Below, in pieces: positions 11,202-23,450 of a stretch of DNA of 64,000 bases. A program made the position numbers and the translations under genes. The first letter of the stretch is position 1. Each line of letters opens with the position of its first letter. Source of the stretch: Actinomycetota bacterium (lineage in GTDB: Bacteria > Actinomycetota > UBA4738 > HRBIN12); NCBI GenBank assembly GCA_038249195.1, contig JBBRWM010000005.1, positions 190,220 to 254,219 on the forward strand, in the 5' to 3' direction. The notes beneath the pieces are model-generated. The model saw only the letters and a list, made by a program, of their open reading frames with translations. It made no database searches and was not told the DNA's origin.

Positions 11202-12337
11202 TGGGCTTCTTCGACTGGGGCCTGTTGATCGTGCGGGTCGTGATGGTGTTCTTCGCGCTGCTCATCGCGGTGATGCTCTACATCTGGATGGAGCGCAAGG
11301 TGATCGCCGACATGCAGACCCGCATGGGGCCGATGCGCGCCGGGCCGCGCGGCGTGCTCATCACCCTCGCGGACGGCATCAAGCTCTTCTTCAAGGAGGG
11401 CATCACGCCCACCAACGCGGACCGCGGCGTCTACAACCTCGCGCCGATCCTCGCGATGTTCCCCGGGTTCCTGGCGTTCGCGGTGATCCCGTTCGGCGCC
11501 CCGGTCCTGCTCTTCGGGCGCGTGGTGCCGTTCCAGCTCACCGACCTCAACATCGGGGTCCTCTGGGTCCTGGCCATGACCTCCATCGCCGTCTACGGCG
11601 TGGTGCTCGCGGGCTGGTCGAGCGGCTCGAACTACCCGCTGCTGGGCGCGGTGCGCTCGAGCGCGCAGATGGTGAGCTACGAGGTGGGCATGAGCCTCGC
11701 CATCGTGGCCGTGATCATGTACAGCGGGCACCTGCGGATGTCCGAGATCGTGGCGGCGCAGGATCGATTCTGGAACGTGATCCCCCAGTTCCCGGCGTTC
11801 GTGGTGTTCCTGATCGGCGCGCTCGCCGAGACGAACCGCCCGCCGTTCGACCTCGCGGAGGCCGAGACGGAGTTGGTGGCCGGCTTCCACACCGAGTACT
11901 CGGGCATCAAGTTCGCGATGTTCTACCTCGGCGAGTACGTGAACACCGTGACCGTGTCCGCCGTCGCCGTCACGCTGTTCTTGGGCGGGTGGCGCGGGTA
12001 CTGGCCGTTCCACGGGGCCTGGGCGTGGCTCGGGCCCTTCCTGTGGTTCCTGCTCAAGCTCACGGCCGTGATCTACGTCCTGATCCTGATCCGCGCCACG
12101 ATGCCGCGCATGCGCTACGACCGGCTGATGAGCTTCGGGTGGAAGGTGTTGATCCCGTTCGGGCTGGTGTGGGTGTTGATCACGGGCGCCGTGGTCGTGC
12201 TCCCCGATCACTTCCAACGCCGTTCGATCCTGATCGGCGGCGCCGCGGTCCTGGGCGTGGTGGCTTTGGCGAGCCTGCTCCTGCCCGCCCTGAGGACGGG
12301 GTCTCCCGAGCCCGCCGACGAAGAGGTGACCTCGTGA
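11201..12337 (+). CDS. nuoH: NADH-quinone oxidoreductase subunit H
   Basis: [41 protein letters not shown]. Confidence 0.97.
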   Translation: MGFFDWGLLIVRVVMVFFALLIAVMLYIWMERKVIADMQTRMGPMRAGPRGVLITLADGIKLFFKEGITPTNADRGVYNLAPILAMFPGFLAFAVIPFGAPVLLFGRVVPFQLTDLNIGVLWVLAMTSIAVYGVVLAGWSSGSNYPLLGAVRSSAQMVSYEVGMSLAIVAVIMYSGHLRMSEIVAAQDRFWNVIPQFPAFVVFLIGALAETNRPPFDLAEAETELVAGFHTEYSGIKFAMFYLGEYVNTVTVSAVAVTLFLGGWRGYWPFHGAWAWLGPFLWFLLKLTAVIYVLILIRATMPRMRYDRLMSFGWKVLIPFGLVWVLITGAVVVLPDHFQRRSILIGGAAVLGVVALASLLLPALRTGSPEPADEEVTS

Positions 12338-12852
12338 GCGACGAGCCGCGGACGCCGGAGACGCCCGAGCCGCAGCCGGGGTTCCTCGACGCTTCGTGGG
12401 CGCTCGCCAAGGGCATGGGCACGGTCTTCAAGCAAACGTTCCGCGCCGACAACACCCAGGAGTACCCCAAGGAGATCGCGGAGATCCCCGAGCGCGCGCA
12501 CACCGGGCGACATCTGCTGAATCGCCACGAAGACGGGCTGGAGAAATGCATCGGGTGCGAGCTGTGTGCCTACGCGTGCCCAGCCGACGCCATCTGGGTG
12601 GAGGGCGCCGACAACGATCCCGAGCACGCCGTGAGCCCCGGCGAGCGCTACGCGAAGGACTACCAGATCAACTACCTGCGCTGCATCATGTGCGGCCTGT
12701 GCGTCGAGGCGTGTCCCACTCGCGCGCTCACCCTCACCAGCCACTTCGAGATGGCCTTCACCAGCCGCGAGGATGCCGTCTGGAACAAGGAGCGGCTGCT
12801 CGAGCCCCCGCCGGAGATGGGCAAGGACAAGATCGACCGGGAGGGCACGTAG
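12334..12852 (+). CDS. nuoI: NADH-quinone oxidoreductase subunit I
   Basis: [13 protein letters not shown] and [13 protein letters not shown] [4Fe-4S] motifs. Confidence 0.96.
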   Translation: MSDEPRTPETPEPQPGFLDASWALAKGMGTVFKQTFRADNTQEYPKEIAEIPERAHTGRHLLNRHEDGLEKCIGCELCAYACPADAIWVEGADNDPEHAVSPGERYAKDYQINYLRCIMCGLCVEACPTRALTLTSHFEMAFTSREDAVWNKERLLEPPPEMGKDKIDREGT

Positions 12853-13452
12853 GTGCCGCTCGACAACCTCGTCTTCTGGGTCTTCGCGCCCGTCTCCGTG
12901 GCCTCGGCGATCGCCATGCTCACGCGCCGCAACGCCGTGCACGCGGCGCTCTTCCTCATCGTGAACTTCTTCACGATCGCGGTCATGTACCTGCTGCTCG
13001 ACGCCCCGTTCCTCTTCGCGGTGCAGATCATCGTGTACGCCGGCGCCATCATGGTCCTGTTCCTGTTCGTGATCATGCTCCTGGGGGTCGACCGCAACGA
13101 GGCGCGGGGGGAGCGCCTGTTCGGGATGCGGACCATGGCCGGGATCCTCGCGGCCGGATTCGTGCTGGAGATGTTCTTCGCGCTGCGCGCCGGCATCGGG
13201 TTCGCGACGCGGGCGCCGGCCGGATTCGAGAAGGTGAACGCCCCCGCCAACACCCAGGCCCTGGCCAAGGTGCTGTTCACCCGATACTTCTTCCCCTTCG
13301 AGGTGACGTCCGTCCTGCTGATCATCGCCGCCATCGCCGCGATGGTCCTGGCGAACCGTAAGGCGCGCGCGATCACGCAGGCCGAGTTGGACGCGCACGA
13401 GAACGCGCAGGCCCGCTCGGCGGCCGCTCCGTCGGAGGCCCTCGCCCCGTGA
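12853..13452 (+). CDS. nuoJ: NADH-quinone oxidoreductase subunit J
   Basis: [30 protein letters not shown]. Confidence 0.95.
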   Translation: MPLDNLVFWVFAPVSVASAIAMLTRRNAVHAALFLIVNFFTIAVMYLLLDAPFLFAVQIIVYAGAIMVLFLFVIMLLGVDRNEARGERLFGMRTMAGILAAGFVLEMFFALRAGIGFATRAPAGFEKVNAPANTQALAKVLFTRYFFPFEVTSVLLIIAAIAAMVLANRKARAITQAELDAHENAQARSAAAPSEALAP

Positions 13453-13754
13453 GGACCCCGATCGCCTATTTCTTGTTGCTCTCGGGCATCCTGTTTGCCC
13501 TCGGCACGATGGGCGTGCTGATCCGCAAGAACGCGCTGCTGATCTTCATGTCCGTGGAGCTGCAGCTCAACGCCGTGAACCTCGCGCTGGTTGCGTTCTC
13601 CCGGCTGCACGGCAACCTCAACGGACAGGTGTTGGCGTTCTTCTCCATGGTGGTGGCTGCGGCCGAAGTCGTGGTGGGCCTCGCGATCATCGTCTCCGTG
13701 TACCGCCGTTCGCAGAGCGTGAACGTGGACGACGCGAGGTCCCTTCGGTGGTGA
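13449..13754 (+). CDS. nuoK: NADH-quinone oxidoreductase subunit K
   Basis: [24 protein letters not shown]. Confidence 0.95.
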   Translation: MRTPIAYFLLLSGILFALGTMGVLIRKNALLIFMSVELQLNAVNLALVAFSRLHGNLNGQVLAFFSMVVAAAEVVVGLAIIVSVYRRSQSVNVDDARSLRW

Positions 13755-15685
13755 CCTCGCTCGCGGCCGAGCTCGCTCCGGTCGGCAACGGCCGGGCCCT
13801 CGGCGTCCTCCCCCTGCTGTGGCTCGTGCCAGCGCTGCCGCTGGCTGCCGCCACCGTGAACCTGTTCCTCGGCCGGCGCCTCGGCCGCTTCGCGGGGTGG
13901 CTGGCCGTCGGGGCCATGACGGGGTCGTTCGCCATAGCCGTGCTGATGGTGCGCCAGCTCGCGAGCTTCGGCGGGGACGAGCGGCTCTACGTGCAGCACC
14001 TGTTCGACTGGATCCAGGTCGGATCCTTCAACGTGGACGCGTCCGTGCGGCTCGACGCGCTGTCGGCCACGATGATCCTCGTGGTCACGGGCATCGGCCT
14101 GCTCATCCACATCTACTCCATGGGCTACATGCACGGCGATCCGCGGTACGGGCGGTTCTTCGCCTACATGAACCTGTTCGTGTTCTTCATGCTGATGCTC
14201 GTCTTGGGCGCGAACTTCCTGATCCTGTACCTGGGCTGGGAGGGAGTGGGCCTGTGCTCCTACCTCCTCATCGGGTTCTGGTTCGAGAAGACCGACAACG
14301 CGAACGCGGCGAAGAAGGCGTTCGTCACCACCCGCATCGGCGACACCGCGATGCTGATCGGCATCGCGATGATCGTCATGAAGTTCGGGACCCTGAACTT
14401 CGAGGTGGTGTTCGGGACCGCCAACGCCACGCTGTCTAAGGGGGCGGCGACCACGATCGCGCTCTTGCTGTTCGCGGGCGCGGTCGGCAAGTCGGCCCAG
14501 GTCCCCCTGCACGTGTGGCTCCCCGACGCGATGGCCGGTCCCACGCCGGTGTCCGCCCTGATCCACGCCGCCACGATGGTGACGGCGGGCGTGTACCTCG
14601 TCCTGCGCACGCACGTGCTGTTCGAGGTGAGCGGCGCCGCGCTCGTGGTCGTGACCGTGATCGGCCTCATCACGATGCTGTATGCGGCCACGTGCGCGCT
14701 GGGCCAGGACGACCTCAAGCGGGTTCTCGCGTACTCCACCGTGAGCCAGCTCGGCTACATGTTCATCGCCGCGGGGCTTCGCGCCTACGCCCTGGCGCTG
14801 TTCATGCTCGTGGCGCACGCCTTCTACAAGGGCCTGATGTTCCTGGCGGCGGGCTCGGTGATGCACGGCATGCACGAAGAGACGGACATGAAGCAGATGG
14901 GGGGGCTCCTGCGGCGCATGCCGCTCACCGGGGCGACGTTCTTGATCGGCGCCATCTCGCTCGCGGCCGTTCCGCCGTTCACCGGGTTCTTCGCCAAGGA
15001 CGCGATCCTCGAGGTGGCGAACCACACCGGGCATCAGTGGGTCTACGTGCTCGGCACCGTGGGGGCGGTCATCTCTGCCGCGTACATGGGCAGGCTCGTG
15101 TTCCTCACGCTGTTCGGCCGACCGCGGACGCAAGCGGCCGAGCACGCGCACGAGTCGCCGCCCGTCATGACGGTGCCTCTCATCCTCCTCGCCGTGGGGG
15201 CGTTCGCGCTGGGGTTCGTGGTGGAACAGTCGCCCGAAGGAGCCTTCTCGCGGTGGGTCGAGTCGGCGCTGGGGGCGGTTCCCCGCGGCCCGCTCGGCCT
15301 CCCGACGACCGTGCTGATCGCGATCGCGACGGTGGTGGCCGTGGGGACGCTCATCGCGACGTGGGTGATCTACGCTTCCGGGCGGGTCGACTGGATGGCG
15401 CTGCGCGTGCGGCTGGCACCGCTCCAACGGTTGTTCGAGCACGGCTGGTACATCGACGACTACTACGCCACGGTGCTCGTGGCGCCCGGGAAGGCCGCTT
15501 CTGGCATCCTCGCCTACCGGTTCGACGCAGGGTTCATCGACGGCACGGTCAACGCCGTCGGGGGCTCGACGCGGCGGCTCGCGGCGGTGGGTCGCAAGAT
15601 CCAGACCGGGTACGTTCGGACCTACGCCCTCGCCCTGTTCGCGGGGGCCGTGGGGATCCTCGTGTACGTGGGGCTGCGACTGTGA
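13751..15685 (+). CDS. nuoL: NADH-quinone oxidoreductase subunit L
   Basis: [48 protein letters not shown]. Confidence 0.96.
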   Translation: MTSLAAELAPVGNGRALGVLPLLWLVPALPLAAATVNLFLGRRLGRFAGWLAVGAMTGSFAIAVLMVRQLASFGGDERLYVQHLFDWIQVGSFNVDASVRLDALSATMILVVTGIGLLIHIYSMGYMHGDPRYGRFFAYMNLFVFFMLMLVLGANFLILYLGWEGVGLCSYLLIGFWFEKTDNANAAKKAFVTTRIGDTAMLIGIAMIVMKFGTLNFEVVFGTANATLSKGAATTIALLLFAGAVGKSAQVPLHVWLPDAMAGPTPVSALIHAATMVTAGVYLVLRTHVLFEVSGAALVVVTVIGLITMLYAATCALGQDDLKRVLAYSTVSQLGYMFIAAGLRAYALALFMLVAHAFYKGLMFLAAGSVMHGMHEETDMKQMGGLLRRMPLTGATFLIGAISLAAVPPFTGFFAKDAILEVANHTGHQWVYVLGTVGAVISAAYMGRLVFLTLFGRPRTQAAEHAHESPPVMTVPLILLAVGAFALGFVVEQSPEGAFSRWVESALGAVPRGPLGLPTTVLIAIATVVAVGTLIATWVIYASGRVDWMALRVRLAPLQRLFEHGWYIDDYYATVLVAPGKAASGILAYRFDAGFIDGTVNAVGGSTRRLAAVGRKIQTGYVRTYALALFAGAVGILVYVGLRL

Positions 15686-17214
15686 GCGCGCACCTGCTGA
15701 GCCTCACGATCTTCCTCCCGCTCGTGGGCCTCGTGATCCTCTTGCTCGGCCGCGGGTTGTCGAACGATACGGCACGATGGATCGCGCTCAGCACGGCGCT
15801 CGCCACGTTCGTGGTCTCCATGATCGTGCTCGGGCGCTTCGACAGCTCGTTGGCCGCCTACCAGATGGTCGAACGCGCGTCGTGGATCCCCAGCATCGGA
15901 CTGCAGTACCTCGTGGGCGTGGATGGCATCAGCTTGTGGATGGTGCTCCTGTCCACATTCCTGTTCCCGGTCGCGATCCTCGCGAGCTGGAAGGTGGACA
16001 AGGACGTCCGGCTGTACCTGGGCGCCATGCTTGCGCTGGAGACGGCCGTGCTGGGCACGTTCCTGACGCTCGACCTGCTCCTGTTCTTCCTGTTCTTCGA
16101 GGCGATCCTCGTGCCGATGTACCTGCTGATCGGTGGGTGGGGTGGCGACCGGCGGATCTACGCCGCCGTCAAGTTCTTCCTCTACACGATGGCCGGCTCT
16201 GCCTTCCTGCTCGTGGCCACCCTGTTCCTGGCCGCGCAGGCTGGGAGCAGTCTCGGCCACGTCACCTTCGACATCCGCGACCTGCAGGCGGTGGCGCACG
16301 GGCTGCCGGTGGCGACCACCCGCTGGCTCTTCCTGGCGTTCTTCGTGGCGTTCGCCGTGAAGGTGCCCATCTTCCCGCTGCACACCTGGCTGCCCGACGC
16401 GCACACCGAGGCTCCCACGGCCGGATCCGTGCTGCTCGCGGGCATCCTGTTGAAGGTGGGGGCGTACGGCCTGATCCGGTTCAACCTCGCGTTGTTCCCC
16501 GACGCCGCGAAGTACTTCGCGACGTTCGTCTCGATCCTCGCCGTGATCGGCATCATCTACGGGGCGGTGGTGGCCCTGATCCAGACGGACCTCAAGCGGT
16601 TGGTCGCGTACTCGTCGGTGTCGCACCTGGGGTTCGTCGTGCTGGGGATCTTCGCGTTCACGGAGCAGGCCCTGACCGGCGGCGTCCTGCAGATGGTGAA
16701 CCACGGGCTCGCGACGGGCGCCCTGTTCCTCCTGGTGGGGATGATGTACGAGCGCACGCACACCCGTGATCTGGGGAAGATGGGTGGCCTCGCCGGCGTG
16801 ATGCCGTGGCTCATGGGCGCGTTCTTGTTCGCCGTCTTCGCGGCGGCGGGACTGCCCGGGCTCAACAGCTTCGTCGGCGAGTTCCTGGTGATCGTGGGGA
16901 CATTCGCCGTAAGCCCGTGGTTCGGGTCGCTCGCCGCCCTCGCCGTGATCCTCGCCGCGATCTATCTCCTGTGGAGCTACCAGCGGATGGCACAAGGGCC
17001 CGTGCGTGAGGAGCACCGCTACCTGCCCGATGTGAGTCTGCGCGAGGTGGCCGTCCTCGTGCCCGTCCTCTCGCTCCTGCTCGTGTTCGGCGTGTATCCC
17101 AAGGTCCTGACGGACCGGATCGACCCCTCCGCGAAGGCCGTCGTCGTGCACGTGGATCCCCAGGGTCAGCCGACGCAGGTCGGCCTGGTGCAGGCGCAGG
17201 AGAGCCCGCCATGA
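15682..17214 (+). CDS. nuoM: NADH-quinone oxidoreductase subunit M
   Basis: KVPIFPLHTWLPDAHTEAPT, AYSSVSHLG, GLPGLNSFVGE. Confidence 0.96.
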   Translation: MSAHLLSLTIFLPLVGLVILLLGRGLSNDTARWIALSTALATFVVSMIVLGRFDSSLAAYQMVERASWIPSIGLQYLVGVDGISLWMVLLSTFLFPVAILASWKVDKDVRLYLGAMLALETAVLGTFLTLDLLLFFLFFEAILVPMYLLIGGWGGDRRIYAAVKFFLYTMAGSAFLLVATLFLAAQAGSSLGHVTFDIRDLQAVAHGLPVATTRWLFLAFFVAFAVKVPIFPLHTWLPDAHTEAPTAGSVLLAGILLKVGAYGLIRFNLALFPDAAKYFATFVSILAVIGIIYGAVVALIQTDLKRLVAYSSVSHLGFVVLGIFAFTEQALTGGVLQMVNHGLATGALFLLVGMMYERTHTRDLGKMGGLAGVMPWLMGAFLFAVFAAAGLPGLNSFVGEFLVIVGTFAVSPWFGSLAALAVILAAIYLLWSYQRMAQGPVREEHRYLPDVSLREVAVLVPVLSLLLVFGVYPKVLTDRIDPSAKAVVVHVDPQGQPTQVGLVQAQESPP

Positions 17215-18662
17215 TCGACACCCCGACCCTCGTGTTCGGTCCCGTCCTGCCGGAGCTCTTCCTGGTGGCCTTCGCGATCGTAGGCCTCCTGTACGAGGCC
17301 GTCGCGAAACGGTCCGATCGGTTGGTGCACCTCCTCATCGCGATGTCGGGGCTCGCCATGGCCGCGGCCTCCTCGATCATCTTGTGGAACTGGTCGGGCG
17401 ACGCCACGGTGCTGGGCGGCACGGTGAACGCCGACCGTTTCGCCGTCGTGGGCCGGCTGCTGGTCATCGCGATCGCCGCGTTCGGCGTGCTGTACGGGAA
17501 GCACTACCTGGAGCGTTCCGAACCGCAGCCCCGCGGGGAGTTCTTCCCGCTCGTGTTGTTCGCGACCTCGGGGATGACCTTGATCGTTGCCTCGGCCGAC
17601 CTGATCGTGACGTTCCTGGCGCTCGAGATCCTGTCGCTGTCGCTCTACGTGCTCACCGGTATCACGGGGCGTCGCGCCTCGAACGAGGCCGCGGTCAAGT
17701 ATTTCCTCCTGGGCGCGGCCTCCTCGGCCTTCTTCCTCTACGGCGTGGCGATGGCCTACGGCGCGACGAACACCACGTACATCACCGCCATGGCGCGCGC
17801 GCTCTCCGGCACGACCGGCAACCAGGCGATCGCACTGCTCGCCATGGCGTTCCTCGTGGTGGGCTTCGCGTTCAAGGTCTCGGCCGTGCCGTTTCACATG
17901 TGGACCCCCGACGTCTATCAGGGGGCGCCCACCCCGGTGACCGCCTACATGTCGACCTCGACCAAGGCCGCCGCGTTCCTGGCGCTGATACGGGTCTTCG
18001 ACGTGGCCCTGCAGCCGCTCACCTGGGATTGGACGCCGGTGATCTGGGTGCTGGCGGCCCTGTCCATCGTGGTGGGCTCCGTGCTCGCGATCGCGCAGAC
18101 CGACGTCAAGCGCATGCTCGCGTACTCGAGCATCGCCCAGGCCGGGTTCATCCTCACCGGCCTCACCTCCGCGAACAGCGTCGGCATCAGCGCGGCGATG
18201 TTCTACCTGGTGGCGTACGCCGCGATGACGCTCGGCGCCTTCGGCGTCGTGATGCTGGTGTCCGCGCGCGGCGAGGAGCAGACGTCGCTTTCGTCCTACA
18301 CGGGGCTCTTCCGGCGCAGCCCCCTGTTGGCGGGGTTGATGACCGTGTTCCTGCTGTCGCTCGCCGGCATCCCGCCGACGGCGGGTTTCATCGCCAAGGT
18401 CGGTGTCTTCTCTGCCGCCAGCAGCGCCGGCTACTGGCCCCTCGTGCTGATCGGCACGCTTGCGAGCGTGGCCGCGGCGTTCTTCTACCTCCGCGTCGTG
18501 GTGCTGATGGTCATGCGTGAGCCCGAGGGCTCCCACGACGAAGATCCCTCGTTGATGCCCCGGGTGGCCCTCGTCGTCCTCGCCGGAGCTACGATCCTGC
18601 TCGGCGTGCTGCCCGGCCTCATCACCGGCTTGTTGCGGGACGCCTCGGTGCTGAGATGGTGA
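17211..18662 (+). CDS. nuoN: NADH-quinone oxidoreductase subunit N
   Basis: EAAVKYFLLG, FKVSAVPFHMWTPDVYQGAP, KRMLAYSSIA. Confidence 0.96.
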   Translation: MIDTPTLVFGPVLPELFLVAFAIVGLLYEAVAKRSDRLVHLLIAMSGLAMAAASSIILWNWSGDATVLGGTVNADRFAVVGRLLVIAIAAFGVLYGKHYLERSEPQPRGEFFPLVLFATSGMTLIVASADLIVTFLALEILSLSLYVLTGITGRRASNEAAVKYFLLGAASSAFFLYGVAMAYGATNTTYITAMARALSGTTGNQAIALLAMAFLVVGFAFKVSAVPFHMWTPDVYQGAPTPVTAYMSTSTKAAAFLALIRVFDVALQPLTWDWTPVIWVLAALSIVVGSVLAIAQTDVKRMLAYSSIAQAGFILTGLTSANSVGISAAMFYLVAYAAMTLGAFGVVMLVSARGEEQTSLSSYTGLFRRSPLLAGLMTVFLLSLAGIPPTAGFIAKVGVFSAASSAGYWPLVLIGTLASVAAAFFYLRVVVLMVMREPEGSHDEDPSLMPRVALVVLAGATILLGVLPGLITGLLRDASVLRW

Positions 18663-18669
18663 GGATGCG

Positions 18670-19683
18670 ATGAGCCGCCGTGTGATCCCCGGATTGGAGG
18701 CCCCCGACGCCGCGTTGGAGTCGGAGGTCCGAACGCACCTGGACCAGGTCGAGCAGGCCCTCGAGAAGTCCGTGCGGGTGGAGTCTTCGGGCCTGCTATC
18801 GGAAACGTCCTCCTACCTGATCGCCGCGGGAGGCAAGCGGTTCCGAGCGATGCTCGTCCTGCTCGCCGGGTATTTCGGCGATCCCGCCGACCCTCGGTTG
18901 ATCCCGGGATCGGTCTCCATCGAGCTCGTGCACCTCGCCACGCTGTACCACGACGACGTGATCGACGAGGCGGATGCGCGCCGGGGGGCCCCGAGCGCCA
19001 ACAGCCGGTGGGACAACACCGTGGCGATCCTCACGGGCGATTTCCTGTTCGCGCGCGCCTCGGAGATCTCCACCGAGCTGGGCACCGAGGTATGCCGGCT
19101 CCTCGCGCGAACGATCGCGGTGCTGTGCGACGGTCAGATCCGCGAGGTGGAGAGCTCCGCGAAGGTGGATCAAGCGGTGGGGAACTACCTGGAGATCATC
19201 CGGCGCAAGACGGCCTCGCTGATCGGTACGTCGTGCCGCCTCGGAGGCATGTTGTCCGACGCCACGCCCGAGCGCACGGACATCCTGGAGGCCTTCGGCG
19301 ATGCCCTGGGGATGGCCTACCAGCTCTCCGACGACATCATGGACATCACGGCATCGCAGATGGAGCTGGGCAAGGAGCCGGGCGTCGACCTCAAGGAGGG
19401 CGTCTACACCCTGCCGGTGCTCCACGCCCTCGCCCACAACGAACGGCGTGAGGAGCTCGCGCGGATCCTCGGCCACGGAGCTCCCGACGGCGAGATGCTG
19501 GATCGCGCGCTCGAGATCGTGCGAAGCGGGGGGTCGGTCGAACACGCCCGTGCCGCCGTGACCGACGAGGTTGCGCGTGCCATCGGCCTCGCGGAGCGGC
19601 TGTCGACCGGGCCCGCTCGCCACGCCCTCGTCCAGCTCGCGCGCTTCCTGGCGGCGCGCTGCGGAGCGGAGCAACCCGCGTGA
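18670..19683 (+). CDS. Long-chain polyprenyl diphosphate synthase (menaquinone tail; HepT/GrcC-like)
   Basis: GGKRFR, ELVHLATLYHDDVIDEA..RRG, QLSDD, GKEPGVDL. Confidence 0.92.
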   Translation: MSRRVIPGLEAPDAALESEVRTHLDQVEQALEKSVRVESSGLLSETSSYLIAAGGKRFRAMLVLLAGYFGDPADPRLIPGSVSIELVHLATLYHDDVIDEADARRGAPSANSRWDNTVAILTGDFLFARASEISTELGTEVCRLLARTIAVLCDGQIREVESSAKVDQAVGNYLEIIRRKTASLIGTSCRLGGMLSDATPERTDILEAFGDALGMAYQLSDDIMDITASQMELGKEPGVDLKEGVYTLPVLHALAHNERREELARILGHGAPDGEMLDRALEIVRSGGSVEHARAAVTDEVARAIGLAERLSTGPARHALVQLARFLAARCGAEQPA

Positions 19684-19740
19684 TCGGCCGGCCGGTTCGC
19701 CCATGGGATCCTGCTAGGATCCGCGCGCGAGAGAGGGGTC

Positions 19741-20106
19741 ATGCCTAACTACTTCGAGTCCTACGCGGTCGTGCTCGCGGTCTTGGTCGCCGGGGCCTTG
19801 TTGGTGGGTGTCGCCTTTGGGACCGCCCGGCTCGTGGCCCCGCATAACCCCAACCACAGCAAGCTCACCACCTACGAGTGCGGCATCGACCCGGTCGGCG
19901 AGGGCTGGTCGCAGAGCCAGGTCCGCTACTACGTCTACGGCTTCCTCTTCGTGATCTTCGACGTGGAGAGCGTGTTCCTGTTCCCCTGGGCCCGGGTGTT
20001 CCAGCGCCTCGGCTACACGGCGGTGTTCGAGATGGCGCTGTTCGTCTTGATCCTCGCGGTAGGGCTGCTCTATGCCTGGCGGAAGGGGGTCTTGAAGTGG
20101 GCCTGA
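19741..20106 (+). CDS. nuoA2: Complex I subunit A, second copy
   Basis: [31 protein letters not shown]. Confidence 0.93.
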   Translation: MPNYFESYAVVLAVLVAGALLVGVAFGTARLVAPHNPNHSKLTTYECGIDPVGEGWSQSQVRYYVYGFLFVIFDVESVFLFPWARVFQRLGYTAVFEMALFVLILAVGLLYAWRKGVLKWA

Positions 20107-20609
20107 TCACCGACAAGACCCCGCTGCCGAAGGTCCAACCCGTCAAGTTCATCCTCAACTGGGGCCGCCGGTATTCCCTGTGGGTCATGAACTTCGGCCT
20201 CGCCTGCTGTGCCATCGAATTCATCGCCGCGTCCACGTCGAAGAACGACTTCATCCGGCTGGGCGTGATCCCCTTCGCGCACGGCCCCCGCCAGGCGGAC
20301 CTGCTGGTGGTGGCCGGCACACTCACGGACAAGATGGCCCCGGCCCTCAAGCGCGTGTACGACCAGATGCCCGAGCCCAAGTACGTGATCTCGTTCGGCT
20401 CGTGCTCCAACTGCGGTGGTCCGTACTGGGACTCCTACTCGGTCACCAAGGGCGTTGACCAGATCGTCCCCATCGACGTCTACGTGCCCGGCTGCCCCCC
20501 GCGCCCCGAGGCGCTCCTCCACGGCATCATCAAGCTGCAGGAGAAGATCAAGGACGAGGACATCCAGGAGAAGTTCCGTGGCCATCACGCCCAGCCCGCT
20601 CCCTCCTGA
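20097..20609 (+). CDS. nuoB2: Complex I subunit B, second copy
   Basis: [33 protein letters not shown]. Confidence 0.94.
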   Translation: MGLITDKTPLPKVQPVKFILNWGRRYSLWVMNFGLACCAIEFIAASTSKNDFIRLGVIPFAHGPRQADLLVVAGTLTDKMAPALKRVYDQMPEPKYVISFGSCSNCGGPYWDSYSVTKGVDQIVPIDVYVPGCPPRPEALLHGIIKLQEKIKDEDIQEKFRGHHAQPAPS

Positions 20610-21105
20610 GGAGGTGGTCTCCCGGCTCCGCGCTCGGTTCGGGGCGGACGTCACGGAGGCCGCCGACGCCTTCGGCCACCCCGTCGTGACGGTCACGGTG
20701 GAGCGCTACCACGACCTGGTTCGGTTCCTGCGCGACGAGCCCGAGTTCGCGTGCGACTACTGCGACTTCACGGGCGCCGTGGACCGCGGCGATGAGGGCG
20801 GCTTCGAAGTCCTGACGCACGTCTTCTCGACCACGCACCATCACAACGTCCGCGTGCGCGTCCGGCTGCCGCACGAGAACCCGGTGTGCCCCACCGTCTC
20901 GGACCTCTACCCCACGTGCAACTGGCACGAGCGCGAGACGATGGAGATGTTCGGGATCCGCTTCGAGGGGCATCCCCAGCCCGTGAAGCTGCTGCTATCC
21001 GAGCCGTTCGAAGGCTATCCGCTCCGCAAGGACTTCGCCCTGATGACCCGCCAGGCCAAGCCGTGGCCGGGCGCCGTCGAGGGCGAGGAGGACGAGGACG
21101 AGTGA
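20578..21105 (+). CDS. nuoC2: Complex I subunit C, second copy
   Basis: [27 protein letters not shown]. Confidence 0.92.
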   Translation: MAITPSPLPPEEVVSRLRARFGADVTEAADAFGHPVVTVTVERYHDLVRFLRDEPEFACDYCDFTGAVDRGDEGGFEVLTHVFSTTHHHNVRVRVRLPHENPVCPTVSDLYPTCNWHERETMEMFGIRFEGHPQPVKLLLSEPFEGYPLRKDFALMTRQAKPWPGAVEGEEDEDE

Positions 21106-22109
21106 TCGCCACCACCGGCGTATCCATCTTCGACGACTGGACCGGCAACTTCTGGTTGGCCCTCGTCCTCAAGACGGTCGTGGTGATGCTCTTCTTCCTG
21201 GTGGTGCCGCTGGTGGTGGGCTACATGGAGCACAAGGTGCTGGCCCACATGCAGTCCCGGGTAGGGCCCATGGAGGCCGGCGCCTTTCACGGGTGGGCCC
21301 AGCTCGTCGCCGACGGCGTGAAGTTCATCCAGAAAGAGGACATCGTCCCGGAGGCGGCCGACCGCACGGTGTTCACCCTCGCGCCCGCGGTGGCCATGAT
21401 CCCGTACATCGCGATCTTGGTGGTGCTGCCATTCAGCCCGACGGCGTTCGCCCTGAATCTCGACGTGGGGATCTTCTTCGTGATGGCGATGTCGTCGGTA
21501 TCGGTGATCGGTGTGCTGATGGCCGGCTGGTCCTCCGCTAACAAGTTCTCGCTGATCGGGGCGCTGCGCGCCGCAGCACAGCTCATCGCCTACGAGCTCC
21601 CGCTCGTCCTGGCCGCCGCCGGCGTCGTGATGCTCGCCGGCACCCTGTCCTTGGTGGGGATCGTGGAGGCGCAGCGCGGGCTGTGGAACGTGGTCCCGTT
21701 GTTCCCGCTCTTCTTGATCTTCATGATGGCCTCGATCGCCGAGCTCACGCGCCCGCCCTTCGACATGCCCGTGGCGGACTCGGAGATCATCTTCGGCGCC
21801 TACACCGAGTACACAGGGCTGAAGTTCGCCTTCTTCCTGCTGGCGGAGTACGGCGGCATCGTGGCGCTCTCGGGGGTCGCCTCGGTGCTGTTCCTGGGCG
21901 GCTACCTGGGGCTGCCCTTGATCCCGTTGCCGCCGCCCGTGTGGATGATGGGCAAGATCATCGCGCTATCGTTCTTCGTCATCTGGCTGCGGGCGACCTA
22001 CCCGCGCCTGCGGGAGGATCAGCTCCAGCGGTTCGCCTGGCTCGCGTTGATCCCGATCTCGCTGGTCTGGATCCTGGGTACCGCGTTCGTCAAGGTCGCG
22101 GCGCAATAG
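21102..22109 (+). CDS. nuoH2: Complex I subunit H, second copy
   Basis: [41 protein letters not shown]. Confidence 0.94.
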   Translation: MIATTGVSIFDDWTGNFWLALVLKTVVVMLFFLVVPLVVGYMEHKVLAHMQSRVGPMEAGAFHGWAQLVADGVKFIQKEDIVPEAADRTVFTLAPAVAMIPYIAILVVLPFSPTAFALNLDVGIFFVMAMSSVSVIGVLMAGWSSANKFSLIGALRAAAQLIAYELPLVLAAAGVVMLAGTLSLVGIVEAQRGLWNVVPLFPLFLIFMMASIAELTRPPFDMPVADSEIIFGAYTEYTGLKFAFFLLAEYGGIVALSGVASVLFLGGYLGLPLIPLPPPVWMMGKIIALSFFVIWLRATYPRLREDQLQRFAWLALIPISLVWILGTAFVKVAAQ

Positions 22110-22123
22110 AGGGGCGGGGGAGC

Positions 22124-22648
22124 GTGGAGAACGAGAAGAAGGACCAACCGGAGTCGGGGTTCGGGCAGGGGCTCCTGAAGGGGCTCGGGGTCACCCTCAA
22201 GACCATGCTGCGCCCTGCCATGACCCAGCAGTACCCCCACGTCAAGCCCGACCTCCCCGCGCGCACGCGCGGAGTCATCGCCCTCAAACAGGAGAACTGC
22301 ACCGTCTGCTACAAGTGCGCGCGCGAGTGCCCCGATTGGTGCATCTATATCGACGCGCACAAGGAGCAGCACGAGCCCGCGGCGGGTGGCAGGGCGCGCT
22401 CGGCCAAGATCCTCGACCGCTTCGCTATCGACTACGCGCTGTGCATGTACTGCGGCATCTGCGTGGAGGTCTGCCCCTTCGACGCGCTGTTCTGGAGCCC
22501 CGAGTTCGAATACTCGGAGTACGGGCAGGCCGAGCTCGTGCACGAGAAGGAGCGGCTGGAGGACTGGACCTACACGGTGCTGCCGCCTCCCGCGTTGGAA
22601 GAAGGCGCCGAAGCCCCGGAAGAGGCTCCCGAGGAGGAGGCCTCGTGA
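22124..22648 (+). CDS. nuoI2: Complex I subunit I, second copy
   Basis: [12 protein letters not shown] and [12 protein letters not shown] motifs. Confidence 0.93.
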   Translation: MENEKKDQPESGFGQGLLKGLGVTLKTMLRPAMTQQYPHVKPDLPARTRGVIALKQENCTVCYKCARECPDWCIYIDAHKEQHEPAAGGRARSAKILDRFAIDYALCMYCGICVEVCPFDALFWSPEFEYSEYGQAELVHEKERLEDWTYTVLPPPALEEGAEAPEEAPEEEAS

Positions 22649-23151
22649 CGGCACAGGAGTATGCGTTCCTGGTGCTCGCGATGGTGGGCAGCGTCAGCGC
22701 CGTCGCGGTCGTCACGGCGCGCAACGTCGTGCACGCGGCGCTCTATCTCGTGGTGACGTTGCTCTGCGTCGGCGCGACGTACCTCGTGCTCGGGGCGGAG
22801 TTCGTCGGCTGGGTGCAGATCCTGATCTACGTGGGCGCCATCGTCATCTTGTTCCTGTTCGGACTCATGCTCACCAAGGCACCTATCGGACGCGACACGC
22901 TGGACAACCAACAGCGGTGGATCGGCGCGATCGTGGGCGCCGGCGTGTTCGCCGGGCTCGTCTTCCTGATCCAGCAGGCGTGGCCGTTGCAGGACGCCTC
23001 CAAGAGTTACGGCTCGTTCTCCGGGAGCACAGCGGTGGTCGGCGACGCGATCTTCCGCAGCTACATCCTGCCGTTCGAGGCCATCTCGTTCCTGCTGCTG
23101 GCTGCGCTGATCGGCGCCATCGTGCTTGCTCGCAAGGACGACGGCGCATGA
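22645..23151 (+). CDS. nuoJ2: Complex I subunit J, second copy
   Basis: [31 protein letters not shown]. Confidence 0.93.
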   Translation: MTAQEYAFLVLAMVGSVSAVAVVTARNVVHAALYLVVTLLCVGATYLVLGAEFVGWVQILIYVGAIVILFLFGLMLTKAPIGRDTLDNQQRWIGAIVGAGVFAGLVFLIQQAWPLQDASKSYGSFSGSTAVVGDAIFRSYILPFEAISFLLLAALIGAIVLARKDDGA

Positions 23152-23450
23152 TCCGGTTGCCGTTCGTGCTCTTCTTCTCCGCGTTGCTGTTCTCGGCCGG
23201 TGTATACGGCGTCCTGGCGCGCCGCAACGCGATCATGGTGTTGATGGCTATCGAGTTGATGCTGAACGCCGTCAACGTGAACCTGGTCGGGTTCTCCGCC
23301 TACCTCAAGGACGTCACGGGACAGGTGTTCGCGCTGTTCGTGATCGCGGTGGCCGCGGCCGAGGTCGGCATCGGGCTGGCGATCGTGATCCTGCTCTTCC
23401 GCAACCGTCAGTCGATCAACGTGGACGAGGTGAGCCTCCTCAAGTGGTAG
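23148..23450 (+). CDS. nuoK2: Complex I subunit K, second copy
   Basis: IELMLNAVNVNL, AAAEVGIGLAI. Confidence 0.94.
   Translation: MIRLPFVLFFSALLFSAGVYGVLARRNAIMVLMAIELMLNAVNVNLVGFSAYLKDVTGQVFALFVIAVAAAEVGIGLAIVILLFRNRQSINVDEVSLLKW

Noticed and set aside
19706-19722. Inverted repeat GGATCCT-GCT-AGGATCC before nuoA2
   Set aside because: Short and single; it overlaps a plausible TAGGAT -10 element and cannot be assigned to a regulator or terminator.
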